This document shows, piece after piece, positions 1 through 38,300 of a DNA stretch of 64,000 nucleotides. The position numbers and the translations under genes were made by a program. Positions within the stretch are counted from its first letter, which is position 1, and each line of letters opens with the position of its first letter. The stretch comes from Eledone cirrhosa (taxonomy: Eukaryota), in assembly GCA_964016885.1 (NCBI GenBank), contig OZ024740.1, forward strand, positions 173,166,001-173,230,000, read 5' to 3'. The notes beneath the pieces are model-generated. The model worked only from the letters and a program-made list of their open reading frames with translations. It made no database searches and was not told the DNA's origin.

Positions 1-395
1 CGTTTTGGAGCACTTTTTTCATGGTACTCCCCGTTTGGGTTTTTAGAGGTTGGCAGGTACCATATATGGAGAGAGAGATTTATATTCCATTACATTTAAC
101 ACATTTTCACTGTATACAGAAACTAACTTTTTCCCATCGTTTCTGTTTTAATATTCCACCTCAGAATTCCCTTTCCAATTTAATAGAATCTTAAAATAGG
201 ACCATGTCGAATTTGCATTAAAACTTTAAAGATTATGTAGATATAAAGATTATTACACTTGCCGTACTTAGTAGTATAATTAGCAGTATTTAACTCTGGC
301 TACTGTTTTATCAAAATAAAGAAGTAATCAAAGTTTAATTACAAGATAAAACAGTAATACCTCATTATACACTTATTTTCAGAATCACATTCTGT

Positions 396-440
<45 letters not shown>

Positions 441-619
441 GTGTGTGTATGTATGCGCACACACACACACACACACATATATATATGAGTTAGGAAAAAC
501 ACTAAATTATAGGTGCACCAAGATATAGTAGTATCAGATTATCAGACAAAAGAGACATTATATATGGCAGATATGCAGGAGTACTTAGTATGTTGTACCA
601 GTGAAATAAAATCCAATTT

Positions 620-770
620 AAGGAATGCTTCATAGAAGTAGTTGATACCTTCTGTTACCTAGGTGAGCTAATAAGAAGTTGAGTAGTGTTCTCTGAAAAC
701 AGTAATCAGAATGATAACAAGGTGGAAAAGGTACTACTCCTGTTAGCAAGGAGGGGATTTTTGGTAACAA
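620..770 (+). mobile_element. Degenerate RTE-clade LINE fragment
   Basis: Translates IEVVDTFCYLGELI, typical of the RTE reverse-transcriptase C-terminal part. Confidence 0.6.
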
Positions 771-837
771 AAAGTTTCATTATTTCTCAACCCCTAAATG
801 ATGAAAATTAAAGTTGACCTGAGCAAGATTTGAACAA

Positions 838-1110
838 TCATCATCATCATCGTTTAAAGTCCATCTTCCACACTAGCATGGGTTTGGACGGGAATTTTCC
901 CACTTGAGGCAAGATTGGTTGTCTTGCTCGTATAGGACTGTCTGGCGGGTTTTCTACGGCTGGATGCCCTTCCTAACACCAACCACGTTTACAGTGTGGA
1001 CTGGGAGGTTTTTACCGTGTTACCTACACGGCCACATTACAGCGTGGACTGTGTTTTTTTGTTGTGACACCTACATGACCTCATTTATTTAGGACTGGAT
1101 GTTGTGGTAC
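838..1110 (-). mobile_element. Abundant non-autonomous RTE-tailed repeat with (GAT)n tail (other copies near 2250-2570, 8445-9240, 17680-17950, 23990-24480, 38000-38660)
   Basis: Recurring motifs GTGGTTGGTGTTAGGAAGGGCATCCAGCCGTAGAAA and CATGGAAAA..GGACGTTAAA(TGA)n in many copies. Confidence 0.6.
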
Positions 1111-1674
1111 CAACATAACTTTACATCGAAAGGGGTGGTGTGGATGGGGTGGGGTAGTGAGGCGGGGGTGTATTTTGGTTAAGAGGTGCCTAGCGATTGT
1201 AGGTTTCGCTTTGTACTTAGACAAGGCGGGTCTTCTGTATTACTGTGTAGCGCCAAACATCTCGGTCCAGTGACATTGTCTTGGAGAGGTGTAAATGTGT
1301 GAGGTCGGAATTTATTACAATGTCAGTATAAATACCACAAAGCATTTTATTCAACACTTTAATAACTCTACCAAGTAGCCAACTAGTTTTATAAGGAGTT
1401 CTAATTCTTCTAGCTTTATTTTGATCCCTCCCCCCTTCCTGGCAGACTCCACCCTTCTCTAGATCTAACCACAGTTGATGCCTTCAAGTTGAGTTCAGTG
1501 AAATTTCAATGCAGAGTACTGGAACGATTACAACTCTACCAATCCACACTTTCTTAACCAACTATTATTGTAAGGAATTCTAAAGATATTCCACTAGAAA
1601 AAAATTCATGTAGTGTCAACTTTTTTTCCCTTCTACATTACTGTCACTCTACATTCCTTGCACTTGACTGCATG

Positions 1675-1875
1675 CAGGGCTGGATTATATTCAGTAGAAG
1701 CCATAAGCACTTAAAAGCTTATGGTGTGCCCCAATACATAAAGTCTACAAAGAAAAAGAAAGAAAAAAGAAATTTGTTTTGTAATGACAAATACATCTAA
1801 TTTGAATAAAATGATGCTCTTTTTCCATTGATGTTATAAGCATGTTTATTTTGCTTAATGGTTAATCCAGCCCTG
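1675..1875. mobile_element. hAT-type MITE
   Basis: TIR CAGGGCTGGATTA / TAATCCAGCCCTG; perfect 8-bp TSD ACTGCATG (1667-1674, 1876-1883). Confidence 0.9.
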
Positions 1876-3029
1876 ACTGCATGCATAACTTTCTTACTTA
1901 TCCAACTACATGGTTTCAAATGTTCAAGAATTCACAAACTCACCATACTAATCCCTGAAAGAATCTTTCTAGAATATTGTTACTTCTTGTATGTTTTTTT
2001 GTTTGTGTTTTATTAATATCATTGTATCCTGGAGAGTTTCTGTGGCTGAGTGGATAACATGTTTGGCTATGGAGAGAAATGTTCCAGAGATGATTTTAAA
2101 AGTATTTATCTATAAGGAAAATGAAAAGAGTAACTATAAACCACTTTTGATGGAAGACTTTACAGAAGATAGCTCTAAGAACAAGTTAGTTTCAGTTTAA
2201 ATACTCAGGGTTGGGAGGACTCTTCAGCTGCTCGAAGATGGTGATTTACATGATAAATGTACTCAATACACTCTGTAAAGTGGTTGATGATAGGAAAGCC
2301 ACCCAGCCATGGAAAACCTGCCAAACAAAGGTTTGGGATGACTCTTCCACTATGTCAAAGATACAGTAGAGCATATGATCATATGTAAGTGAGTTGTAGG
2401 CTATCAGCCCATCTGAGCACTCTGTTAAGTGCAGGAACATCAGTAAGCAAGATGCAGGCCCCCAGCCCATACAAGCGATTAGTAGCTCTGTTTGACTACC
2501 AGCCTAGTCTGTTGATGACCTGTCCAATTCTTGCTAGTGGAGAAAGTAGACATTAAACAATGATGATAAAATATAAAACATATAATTGAGATAAAAAGAG
2601 TTTAATATAATAAAATGAAACTTTGTGGTGATCTACACAGACCAGACAGAGATGGTAACAGGTAGACTAGTTGACATGGACCTACAATTTTGACCTACTC
2701 TTTTCAATTCTCGTTCTTTTAGGCTGTTCTGTTATTTGTGAGTACATCATGTACACTACATAAATCCACATCTGTATATATATACAGTATACAAGTAACC
2801 AAGACTGAGTTAATTTTGTTATATATTGTGTGCGATGCAGCAATACATTTATATCTGTATATTAAAAGGGCTGGTGTTAGGAAAGTAAAACATTTCTCAA
2901 AACATCCCATCGAACCCATGCCAGCATGGAAATAGAGACATAAAAGTAATGATGATAATAATGTACAGTATACAGGCAACCAAGACTGTAGTATAGAGGT
3001 AACCCAGTCTTGGCTACCTCTACACTGTA

Positions 3030-3375
3030 TATAGGTAATGGGTAAAGACCCCATTTGGTCTCGAATGTCTATGGGATTTGTACCTAGAAAGTTCCCCTCT
3101 GAGACACAAGTTCAGGCAAGGTTATTTATAGAAGACCAGCTGTCACCCATGCATACCAGCCTCCCCTCTTCACACCACCGATGTTGTCGAAGGGAAGGGC
3201 AATGGCCAATACAGCTTGACACCAGTGACGTCGCAACTCATTTCTACAGCTGAGTAAACTGGAGCAATGTGAAATAAAGTGTCTTTCTCAATGACACAAC
3301 GCATCACCTGGTCTGAGAATCAAACTCACAACCTCCCAAGCCCAATGCTCTAACACCTAAGCTATGTTGCTTCAC
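3030..3375 (-). mobile_element. tRNA-derived CORE-type SINE (related copies about 7480, 12340, 16570, 33215, 36840, 38830, 47730, 53830)
   Basis: Shared core CACTTTATTTCACATTGCTCCAGTTTACTCAGCTGTAGAAATGAGTTGCGACGTCAC with a tRNA-like head; nearly identical core at 47826-47885 (+). Confidence 0.65.
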
Positions 3376-4189
3376 ACAAAATAAACATGCTTATACATAG
3401 ATATAAATTCATTGTATACTTCAGTTGCTTAGCACACAACTTAATATATATATAAATAATAACTCAGTCTGAGTTACATTTATACTGTATATATACAGAT
3501 ATAAATTTATCATATACTTTGGCTGCTTAGCACACACCTTAAATTACTACATAATATATATTTAACACTTGGTTGCTGAAGTACAATTTGAATAGTTTGA
3601 AATGTGGGAAGGCTACATTTCACATTGAACACAGAATGCAAGTAGTCAGGATCAATACTACAAGGCATTTTGTTCAATGCTCTAACAATTTTGCCAATTC
3701 AGCAAGTATTGTACAAAAACCCAATACACCATAATAACAATGATTCCATTTTATCATGCACACGACTAAATCTCAGAGGTAAAGGACATAATCAATTGAA
3801 TCGACTCCAGCATATTACTGATATTTCCTTTATAAAAGTAAGTTCTTGTCAATTAATAAATAGATAAAATAAATACTGTAAAGCTTAAGGCATTCTTTTT
3901 GGTTTTAAATTATACAATAATTTATATCCACTATATCACTTCCAGTAATATGATGATGGTAATAATAATAATAATGGTTTCTTATTTAGGCACAAGGCCA
4001 GCAATTTTTTGGAGGGTGGAATGTCGATTAAATCCACCCCAGTACGTTACTGGTACTTTATCTTATTGACCTCATAAGGATGAAAGGCAAAGTTACGTAA
4101 AGGGGCATAATTATATGCCACAAAGCATATTGTCTGCCACCCTAATAATAATAATAATATCTGCCTTGACCACCTTAACACCATCTGAA

Positions 4190-4850
4190 TACAAAAACAG
4201 ATATGGTAGAATCGAGTAGTACATCTACTGGAAAATATGTAAATTCTATGGTAAAGAAACAACAAAAAACTTGTATCAACATCACCCAGATCCAGTAAGA
4301 GAAACTGGTACTGTTATAATACTGTGGGATACAGGACAATTACAGTCAATAGACCAGATATAATAATGGCTTTTAATACAAGCACAAGGCCAGCAATTTT
4401 AGGGAGGAGAAAGTTGATTAAATCGACGCCAGCGTGTGACTGCTACTTTATTTTATTGACACGTAAGGATGAAAGGCAAAGCTAATCTCGGTGGGATTTG
4501 AACTCAGAACGTAAAAGGCCATAACTCTATGCCGCGAAGCATGTTGTCCGATGCTCTACCAATACTGCCAATCCACCCCCACCCCCTACCAGATATAATA
4601 ATAATAAAAGATAAAAATAGAAAAATGTACTTCATGATAGACCTGGTAATACCTACTGATTACAATGTGCCGTTTTAGATATTTGAAAAAATTTCAAAGT
4701 ACAGGAGATTGATATAGAGATTCAAATAATGTGTGGTATGAAAGCCATCACTATCCCAGTTTTAGTTGGAACTCTTTATAAAAGAAATTCAGAAAATCAT
4801 GCTCACTAATACTGTTCACATTTGTGAAAAGTATTGTCAATGTAATTTTG
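4190..4850 (+). mobile_element. Decayed R2/R4(Dong)-type non-LTR retrotransposon 3' fragment (restriction-like endonuclease), split by a SINE
   Basis: Pieces translate ILWD.., NRPDII, MIDLVIP..., EKISKY, TIPVLVGT (RLE PD..D motif). Confidence 0.6.
4368..4587 (-). mobile_element. tRNA-derived SINE (long variant) with 15-bp TSD
   Basis: TSD ACCAGATATAATAAT at 4353-4367 and 4588-4602; B box GAGTTCAAATC; core GCCTTTCATCCTTAC. Confidence 0.85.
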
Positions 4851-6980
4851 GGAAAGAAAACCACACTATCTAGTATGTGATACATCCATGGACCATAGGT
4901 TGTACTTTATCCATTATATTTTGTATTCAATTCTGGTTTTAAATGTGCACATATTTATAAAAGGAATGCATAATGTGTAACTACTGTAATTGGTTTTACT
5001 GTCTATATGTATATGTAAATATTTGTATAGACCTTTTGAATCTATGAATATCCTCTGTGTGTGTATGTATAGGATGCATTGTTAGCTGCTTTCTTAAACT
5101 CTCAACAAAATACCATCAGTTATCTATGGTAATTAGGAAAAGTGCATCATAACAAACCATCACCCATCCCAGGCTCCTAGTTGAGACCCAGTATGATCTA
5201 TGTGAATTTTCAGATACCTCAGGAAATAATAATAATAATAATAATGATTTCTTTATTAGCCACACAGAGCTTAAATTAATAGGATGATAAAGATGGTACA
5301 ATGGGAGGGGGTCTGAAAGAAAGGTTTATAACAAAAACTAAAAAAATAAACATTTAAAAAACAAAACAACAAAATGCCCCAAAAGTGTGGTTACCTCTGA
5401 GGGTTACAAAAAAAAAACACCACAGTTATCTTGATAACTAGGGCAGGTGCTCTTTCAGCTGTTCTCCAATTTACAGGCACATACTCAGTAATAATAATAT
5501 ATTTTGTCAACTAGTACAGCACATGTATTGAGAAAAGCACTATCACTGATAAAGATAATCATCTATGTAATTTGTTTATTTAACTTTATTAGATTATACT
5601 CCATGATTATGTAAGTTGTAAATAATATAATTGAATACCATTCTGTTGTAAATAGGATTCTAAACAGATAATGTGCACATGTATAAAGCAAATGATATAC
5701 TTGTAACTGTGTAAAGTGCATGACGTGAACAATCTGATGTGTTTATTGTGAAGTTTATCAATGTATGTAATGAGTTTCTCTGCCCTGGGTATCAGGAAGA
5801 CACTCAGTAAGAAATGGAAATGAAACTGAAGGAAGAGGAAAAACACAAAAATAATAATAATAATAATTTCTTTGGCTGATTCATTAAAGGATAGGACCAA
5901 ATGCCTTACCATATTTTCTTTATCTCTCTATGCTCTAAACTGCAATACTGCTGAGGTCAACTTTACCTTTCATCCTTCCAGTCCAGTGTGATGTGATGGT
6001 GAATTGTAAGAGCTCAGACAAAATGCTTCAAAGAATTTGTTCTAGCTCTTTGAAGTCTGGATACTGAAGTGGTAGACCTAATCTGTCACCTAAACACCAG
6101 CACTTCGTTGTTGCTTACCTTTAGTGGAGTTCATTCTGTTGCAAGCATTTAGATTAAGTAAGTTTCCACTTAGAAGATATCTTCCCACTTCCTCCCACAC
6201 ATCTCAGAGGCCCTAATTAAACAGTAAAAAAAAATAGTGATACTGTTACTTGAAGGAATGTGAGATGAAGTTAAAACATCATGTGGGATTTGCACTAGTG
6301 CATTTCTATTTCTACCATTCCATAATTACTTTACATTTAAGACAATGGATTGGCTGAATCATTAGAACATTAGAATGTTTTGCAGTATTTCTTTCAACTC
6401 ATTACATTCTGACTTCACAGGTGTTAAGCAGTATCACCTGTTGCCTTTCCCTTGGACAATGTTGGTGGTATGAAGGAAAGAGACTTGCTGCCTAAGCAAT
6501 ATTGGTTTCCTATAGGAGAATAAACTTGCCCAAACCTGCACCATGGAGAGGATTTTACCAGGTACAGATACATGGTCAACTCTAATGTAGGCCTTGAAAT
6601 ACTTTACATTACAATAGAGCTTCAGGCATATACTGAAGGTGATATGATATTTCAACCAGGTGTAGTGAAATGGCTAAATCAGAAGTCAAAAGTTGATCCC
6701 AAACTCAATTCACCATGGACTTAGTCTCTATATGTTCACATGTATGCACATGTTACCTACACACATAAAGATGAAAAGTAGCAAGGATCTTGGATATTTT
6801 GAAATCTGAATGTTGTCAAACAAAATTATATATGGCAAAGCATTTTCTCTATCACTCTATTATTTTTACTAACTCGACACACTAATGTATCAAATATGAT
6901 ATAAGCCAACAAGGGAGGCCTTATGTGGTTACTCAACTTACTAGAAAAGCAGTCACATCTTTAAATCAAACCCTCTAGTC

Positions 6981-7287
6981 TAGGGGTGTGTAACATATTC
7001 CATTGGCAGGCCACTTTTGAACATTGGATCAACTATTAGGGCCATTAATATTTATTAAGTACTATTCCAAAGATTCACCACAACTTCTTTCTATAACATG
7101 GAACTGGGAAATAACCCTATCAGGGAAGCCCTTTTGTATAGATCAACTAACAGAAAATTGTATTACAGTTACAGAAAAATTTCTAAATAAGCCTACAAGG
7201 TAAAAATTAAAAACGGTCATCACGGGCCACTCTGACTGGTCTGGTGGGCCAGATTGTGGCCCGTGAGCTACCTGTTGCATGCCCCTG
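6981..7287. mobile_element. hAT-Charlie-type MITE
   Basis: Imperfect TIRs TAGGGGTGTGTAAC / GTTGCATGCCCCTG, subterminal GGGCC motifs, perfect 8-bp TSD CTCTAGTC (6973-6980, 7288-7295). Confidence 0.88.
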
Positions 7288-7874
7288 CTCTAGTCTTTCA
7301 TTTTAAAAACAGAGTAAGGATTTCATGCATATTATAGTTTGAAATAAACTATGAAAAGATGTGATGGTTGTCGTTGGAATATCTTTAATCAAATTTCTGC
7401 TTGAGCAGATCTGCTGTGGGGTTAACAACAACAAAAATCAAATATTATATAATGTATTATGCACAATATTAACAAATATAGTTAAGACGTTCACTCTACA
7501 ATCATGAGGTCCCAGTTTTGATCCCACTGCATAGCATCTTTGACAAGAGAGTATTTTACCATAGCCTCAGACTGAGTGAAACTGGGTAGATAGAAGCTCG
7601 CTGGAGAGATTGTGTCTGTAATTTATAGATCCAGCTTTGCCACATTGTGTTACTCTAATTCTACCTGAGAATTATGTTAAATGTACCCATATCTGTAGAA
7701 TGCTCAGTCACATGTTAATTTAAAGAATAGAATGTTAGCTTTGCCTTTCATCCTTATGGGTTCGATGAAATAAAGCACCAGTAATGCAATAGGGTCGATT
7801 TAATTGACTTTCCCCTCTGCTAAAATTGTTGGCTTTGTGACTCAATCTGAAACCATTATATTTAATTGGTAGGT

Positions 7875-8225
7875 CTGGAGGAAGGAGCAGTGCTTATGGA
7901 TTTCAGAGGCCCTAAATAACCTGAAAGCTTCACTTTAAACTGTTGTAGATCCATTTCTTTTAAGAAAGACATGGGCTGGAAGAGAGTTCCAGAAGGCTGA
8001 TGTTCTGGACAGAAAGAACTGGATACATTAATTAGTGTGAGGCTTGGGATGGACACAACATGGATGATGAAGAGGAAAGATGAGTGAATTAGAGGTGCAT
8101 GAGACAATTGTAGTAATGAAAGAAGCAGAGAGATGAGACAAAATGTCTGTATCTTGAGGCTGGAGAGTGTCAATGAATGACTTAAAACTGATTAGCCAAG
8201 TGGCTTTTTTCACCATCAAAACCAA
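7875..8225 (-). mobile_element. Decayed CR1/L2-type LINE 3' fragment
   Basis: Minus strand reads ...TCTTTCTGTCCAGAACATCAGCCTTCTGGAACTCTCTTCCA...DLQQFK, i.e. a frameshifted SF.PRT..LWNSLP...FK end. Confidence 0.55.
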
Positions 8226-9733
8226 TGTTCAGATCCATCATATGTAAACATGTCATTTTAATTAAGAAAAAATTTGGAAATTTCCAATGAGAATTCAATT
8301 ATATATTAGCTGAATTTTGTAAATCTGAAATTATTAACTGAAAACAAAAATTAAAATCACCATCTGTGATTAACACTGCTTATATTCTATGTTAACTGGT
8401 TTTTCTCTACAGTCAATGAAATTACACTTTGAGATTGTCCTCATCCACATCATCATCATCACCATCATCATTTTACTTCAGTTCCATGCCAACATGGGTA
8501 AGACAGATCGTTCTGCTCTGAGTCAAGTCTTAGTCTGAGTTATTGTCCTTCTAGATGGGTTATAATACCATGTCTCACTCCTACATTCTAATTTTGGTAT
8601 AATTTATATGGCTGGATGCTATTTCTAACACCAACAACTTTACAGACTAGTGGATGTATTATATCATGACACCACCTCTAAAGAGATTATTATGTCAATG
8701 ACTTGACTGAAGAGTTCCCTTTTGTCTTTCTAATATATTTAATGATGCTTAAGTACCCTTCTCCAAATAAACCTAGAGAAAAAGTCCTGATACACACTAT
8801 GATGTGGTAAGCTTCAAACAGTAGCATTGTAGGGTTGAGAAGACTCTTCAGTCACATAAAGAATAATGCAACATCTTGAGTGCTGGTGCCATGGTATAAT
8901 GTACCCAGTACATTCTGCAATGTGGTTGGCATTAGGAAAAAAATCTAGTTGTAGAAACCATGCCAAAAAAGGTATATAGGACTCAAGGACAAGACAACTT
9001 TTCTAGTTCTGGTGTCACAATAAAATCCACCTGGTGTACTCTGTAAAGTGAATGGCAATAGTAAGGTAATCTAACCATAGAAACCAAGTTAAAATGGAAT
9101 GTATCTGGGTGGGATGAGACCACATCATCAGTCTAGGAGGCTAGTAATTCCAGTTAAGTATTGCCTTGGTCTGTAACAACCTATCCAATACATGTGAGTG
9201 TGGAAAAATGGATATAAAATAGTGATGATGTTGATTATGATGGTGGAACAGCTGCGTTTATCATGCTAATCTGCAGGTATCATTAATGCAAATAGATTGT
9301 ATGGTTGGGTTTAGTTATCAGCAAGTTAAATCTGCAGTTGAAGTTCCTGGTTTTATAACTGCTTACAAAAAAGAAAAAAAAAATTGACACACACTTTTAG
9401 CAGAAGAATCTTCATTTCAATTTCAATTATTAGTTAGAATCATGATACCCACAGGAAAATAAAATATGAAGATGGAAATTTTCCTTTTTTTCTTCAATAA
9501 ATATTAATCTTCATACAATAAGTATATCTCATTTGTTTTTTCCTATTGCCATCAACAAGGCAGCAAATTGGCAGAATCATTAGAATGTTAGATAAATTGC
9601 TTTGCTCTATTGGTTCCAGCTCTCTGTGTTCAAAACCCACTGTGATCAACTTTGCTTTTCATTCTTTTGAGGTTGATAAAAATATACCAGTCCAGTACTG
9701 AGCTGATTTTTCTCCCATCTCTATCTCTCTATC

Positions 9734-9776
<43 letters not shown>

Positions 9777-10645
9777 GAAAGAAATTTACTATGTTCACAC
9801 ATGGAAAGGAGGTGGAGTTCACTATATTTTTAAATGCTTAAGATATGCCAGATGTTATAGCACCCCTATGTCTCCATCAGGAGTTATGGGTCAATATATA
9901 CTTTATCATCAAAATCAGCAATATTTCTGAATTTAGGTGTATGCTAAACAAGCTCCAATTTAAAGTTTCATGATCTGCAGGGGTTTCAAAATAATTAAAA
10001 GTCATATTATTTTCAATTTTTGTTTGTCTTTCTGGTGTATTTTTCAATAAGGATCCTTCAAGCTTTATATTTCTAAAAAAATACCCTTTATTTCAAATTA
10101 ATTAATGAAGGATCTAGAGGAATATACTAAAATTGATAACTTTCTCATTATTAAGATGGCATTTGTATCAAGAGGGTCTTATATAATATTTATTTTGGAA
10201 GTGTTAATTTAAACAGGAACTTTTTAAAATAGATGGGTTTTTTTTATAGTATAAAACTACAGGCAGTTTTGGGTGGGTTGGTATCACCTAGTTTTTATCA
10301 TTGTTATGATTATTATGTGCCTCTTCATAAGTGATCAGGTCTTCCATATAAATAAACAGTTGTTGACAATCACCATTGTCCTCTTTAAGCATTTCAGATT
10401 CCAAACTCCAATTAACCATAAGAAGTAAGATGTTTTCTGACCCTATACTGATTTCTTTCATAGTTTTAACAACTTGACAGCTACTCTTGATTCATGTGCT
10501 TGACATACCTTTTTCTATTTTGGTAGGATATCCAGCAAAGAGTGAATTTACCCACACATGGGGTAAAATGTTCATCAATAACAATTTGTAGTGCATCTCA
10601 GAGTAGAACCAAGATCTTGTTCACACTATTCGTTTGTATGAAGCA

Positions 10646-35159
<24,514 letters not shown>

Positions 35160-35357
35160 CAACAACACTATCAGAAAAGCATGTCTGTAATATTTCAATG
35201 ACCGTCACCAAACAATTCCCATCTTTAACATTGCAGTCAAGAGAAGTCTTAGATTGTCATTTTACTTGCTCAAATACACCTCAGCAAATTCCTACACTCC
35301 TGAAATAGGGACCATATGTTTTTTTTACTCCTAAATCTTAGGAAAGCATGTCACTAC

Positions 35358-35363
35358 AATAAA
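35358..35363 (+). terminator. Candidate polyadenylation signal AATAAA for ANKS3
   Basis: First AATAAA about 200 nt after the stop; the true 3' end is unknown. Confidence 0.35.
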
Positions 35364-38300
35364 AACAAGATAGCCATAACTGGAAATGGAAAACAAATCC
35401 TTTGCTTCATCAAATACCTCAGGATTTTAATTTGATCAAACAGAATTGAACAGAGCTACCCAACAATATCAATAATTCAAGTAAAAGAGTATAAGCCTTC
35501 TACATGAGTTACTTAACCTGTTAGAAATAACAGCCAAATCTTCCAATGTTACATCCTATCCTCTTAAAAGGGAAGAAAGATGACATGTACCCAAGATAAT
35601 GTTGACTGGGATACAAATTGGGTCATGGCTTGAATACCTTTAAGTCCACTCTGTTACAAGCATTTAGGTCAGTTCTCTTGTTTGAAGATATCTTCCTTCC
35701 TTTATCCCACCAGTTTCAGGGGGCCTAAAAAATATCATGTATACCCCACTCTTCCCTATTAAGAGATAAATTTAAAAAAAGATAGAATTTCATTAAGTTC
35801 ATATCCCTAGAATTAATCTGACATTATATTTATTGGTTTTGTTTGGAAAAGGGACTGTACTCATGATTTATGCAAGTACTCCAAAATTAGTGAGACCAAT
35901 GTAGTTCATTTCCTTCTGGAATAGTTGCAAGTCAATAACTGCAGGAAAAGCATGTGTAGGAGATGAATTCCAAAGGGTCAATATTCTGGGAAAGAAAGAT
36001 TGAGTGTACAGTCATTAACACCACTGCAACAACATTATCTTTAGTTGGGCTAATGCACTTATCAATACCACCATCACCAATACTATCACAATATCAGTCC
36101 GTTATAAGAGTTGTTCACAGTAGTTTAGTGACTAATAACAAGTCACTGCTATTATGAGTTAATGAGGGAGTATCTTCGTAGTTACTTATATTGCTAGAAG
36201 TAGCAGCCATATTTCCCTCAAATCACACACCCTACCATTATAGAAAAAGACATGCTGGATAATGTGATCTTGAGTTCTTTGCACATAGGTACAAGACAAG
36301 ATGGTCACAGACGGATGCATTTGATCAAAGATCTTCTCAATGAGAGCTGAACTGGAGCTAAACAACAATAACAGCAATTCCAGCAATCAAGAGCCACTCA
36401 ACCTCTATGTGGTCACTCAAATTGTTCAAAATAGCTGCCAAACCTTTCTCAAATCACACATTTCAGAAAGAACACATTGGATAATCTAGTCCTAGATGCA
36501 CTACATCTTTATTTAAAAGATGAGATAGAATGCCTTTGACAATAAGTCTGCTCAATCAGAGCTAACCTAAAGCTAAACAACAACCATTCCTACTACTTCC
36601 ATACCCTAATAATAAAAATACTCATATCATTTTCATATGCCAGCCTCAGTTTTCACTTGAGCTGTTCAGTAAACAGATCATACCATAAGATCTCCATTGG
36701 GTGGCCTCCTATTTTTATCCTTGTTAATTAATCAGATGTTCATCCAGACTGAGAAGACTTTTGATCAAAGACATTCCACCCATGACTATCCCATCTTTTA
36801 AATTCAGAAATAATGTATCTAGAACCGAATGTGTGCTGTGGTTGGCATTGAGTGATTAAAAAGTTTGCTTTGTAATCATGAAGTTCTGAGTTCAATTGCA
36901 CTGTGGCATCTTGGGCAAATATCTTTTACTGTAGCCTCAGGTTGATCCAGGCCTGTGAATGAAATTGGCTAGTTGGAAACTGTGTAGAAGCTTGTCAGAT
37001 GGATTCTACCTATAATTGCAAGGCTCAGCCATATGACATATAGTATCATGCTGATCCTGCATGAGAATTATGTTAACCCTTTAGCATTTACATTGCTCTC
37101 ATCATCATCATCAGGTTTAGCGTCCGTGTTCCACGCTTGCATGGGTTTGGATGCTCTATATATACTATTGTATTTCCCTGGTAAGGGCTTTACCTCACAT
37201 AATTATCTTACATAATATTGAACCTATGAGATTTTGATGTTATTTATTTTGAGAACAATACCTTAACATTGGTATAAGTGGCCAGTTAGCCAGTTTGAAC
37301 GGAAAGAGGGGAGAGAATTCTGGCTGGATACAGCCAGTTTAAATACTAAAGAGTTAAGGGTACATATGTCTGTGAAATATTCAGCCATATACACATTAAT
37401 TTAATGAGTAGATAGTTAATTTAATGATCAGATACTGTTGATCAAATAACTGAATGCTCATCACCATAACTGATAGAGGATCATTCTTCTAATGCCTCCT
37501 TTGTTGTGGTAGGGTGTGATATGAGGGAGATTTGGCTTTCTATTTCTTATGTTCTTTCTTTATGTTAAAATTGTATGTATGTATGTGTATTTACTCTATT
37601 TTCCCTATCATATATATTACATATTTTCTACTTATTTATCTATTTATCAGTTAATCATTGTTAGTATACCAACCTATTTATCCTTGTATCATTCCGTCAA
37701 TATCCTTTATTCATTCATTTATATCCCCTCATCCCCATTTCTATCCTGTAACCTATTTATCTATATGTATCTATTAATCAATCACTGGCTATTGATTGGT
37801 TCTAACTATCTATCTATTTGTTTATCTACCTCTCTATCTATCTTTCTATATTCCTCTATCTACCTCTTTACTTCATTTCAGTCTGTCTCTATAGGTGTGT
37901 TGATGCACACAGGTGTGGTGCTCTCTCTCTCCCATCATTCTTCCTCATCTCTCTCATATTGTGTATATATATATATATATATATCATCATCATCATCATC
38001 ATCACACCATTTAGTGTCCATTTTCCATGCTTGCATGGGTTAGACAGGTCATCCACATCAGGAAACAAGTCTGGCCAGAATTGGTCATGCCATACCTTGC
38101 TCTGATAGGACTGTAAGTTTGGCTGAGGATTTTACAGATGGATGTCTTTCCTAACACCAACCACATATACAGTGTGGGACTGGATGGAACCGCTATGAGA
38201 AGGGACAGGCCAGATTTCCATGCTGAACCCATCTGTTATTTTAATAAATATATACATATATATATATATCATCATCATCATCGTCACCATCATCATCACC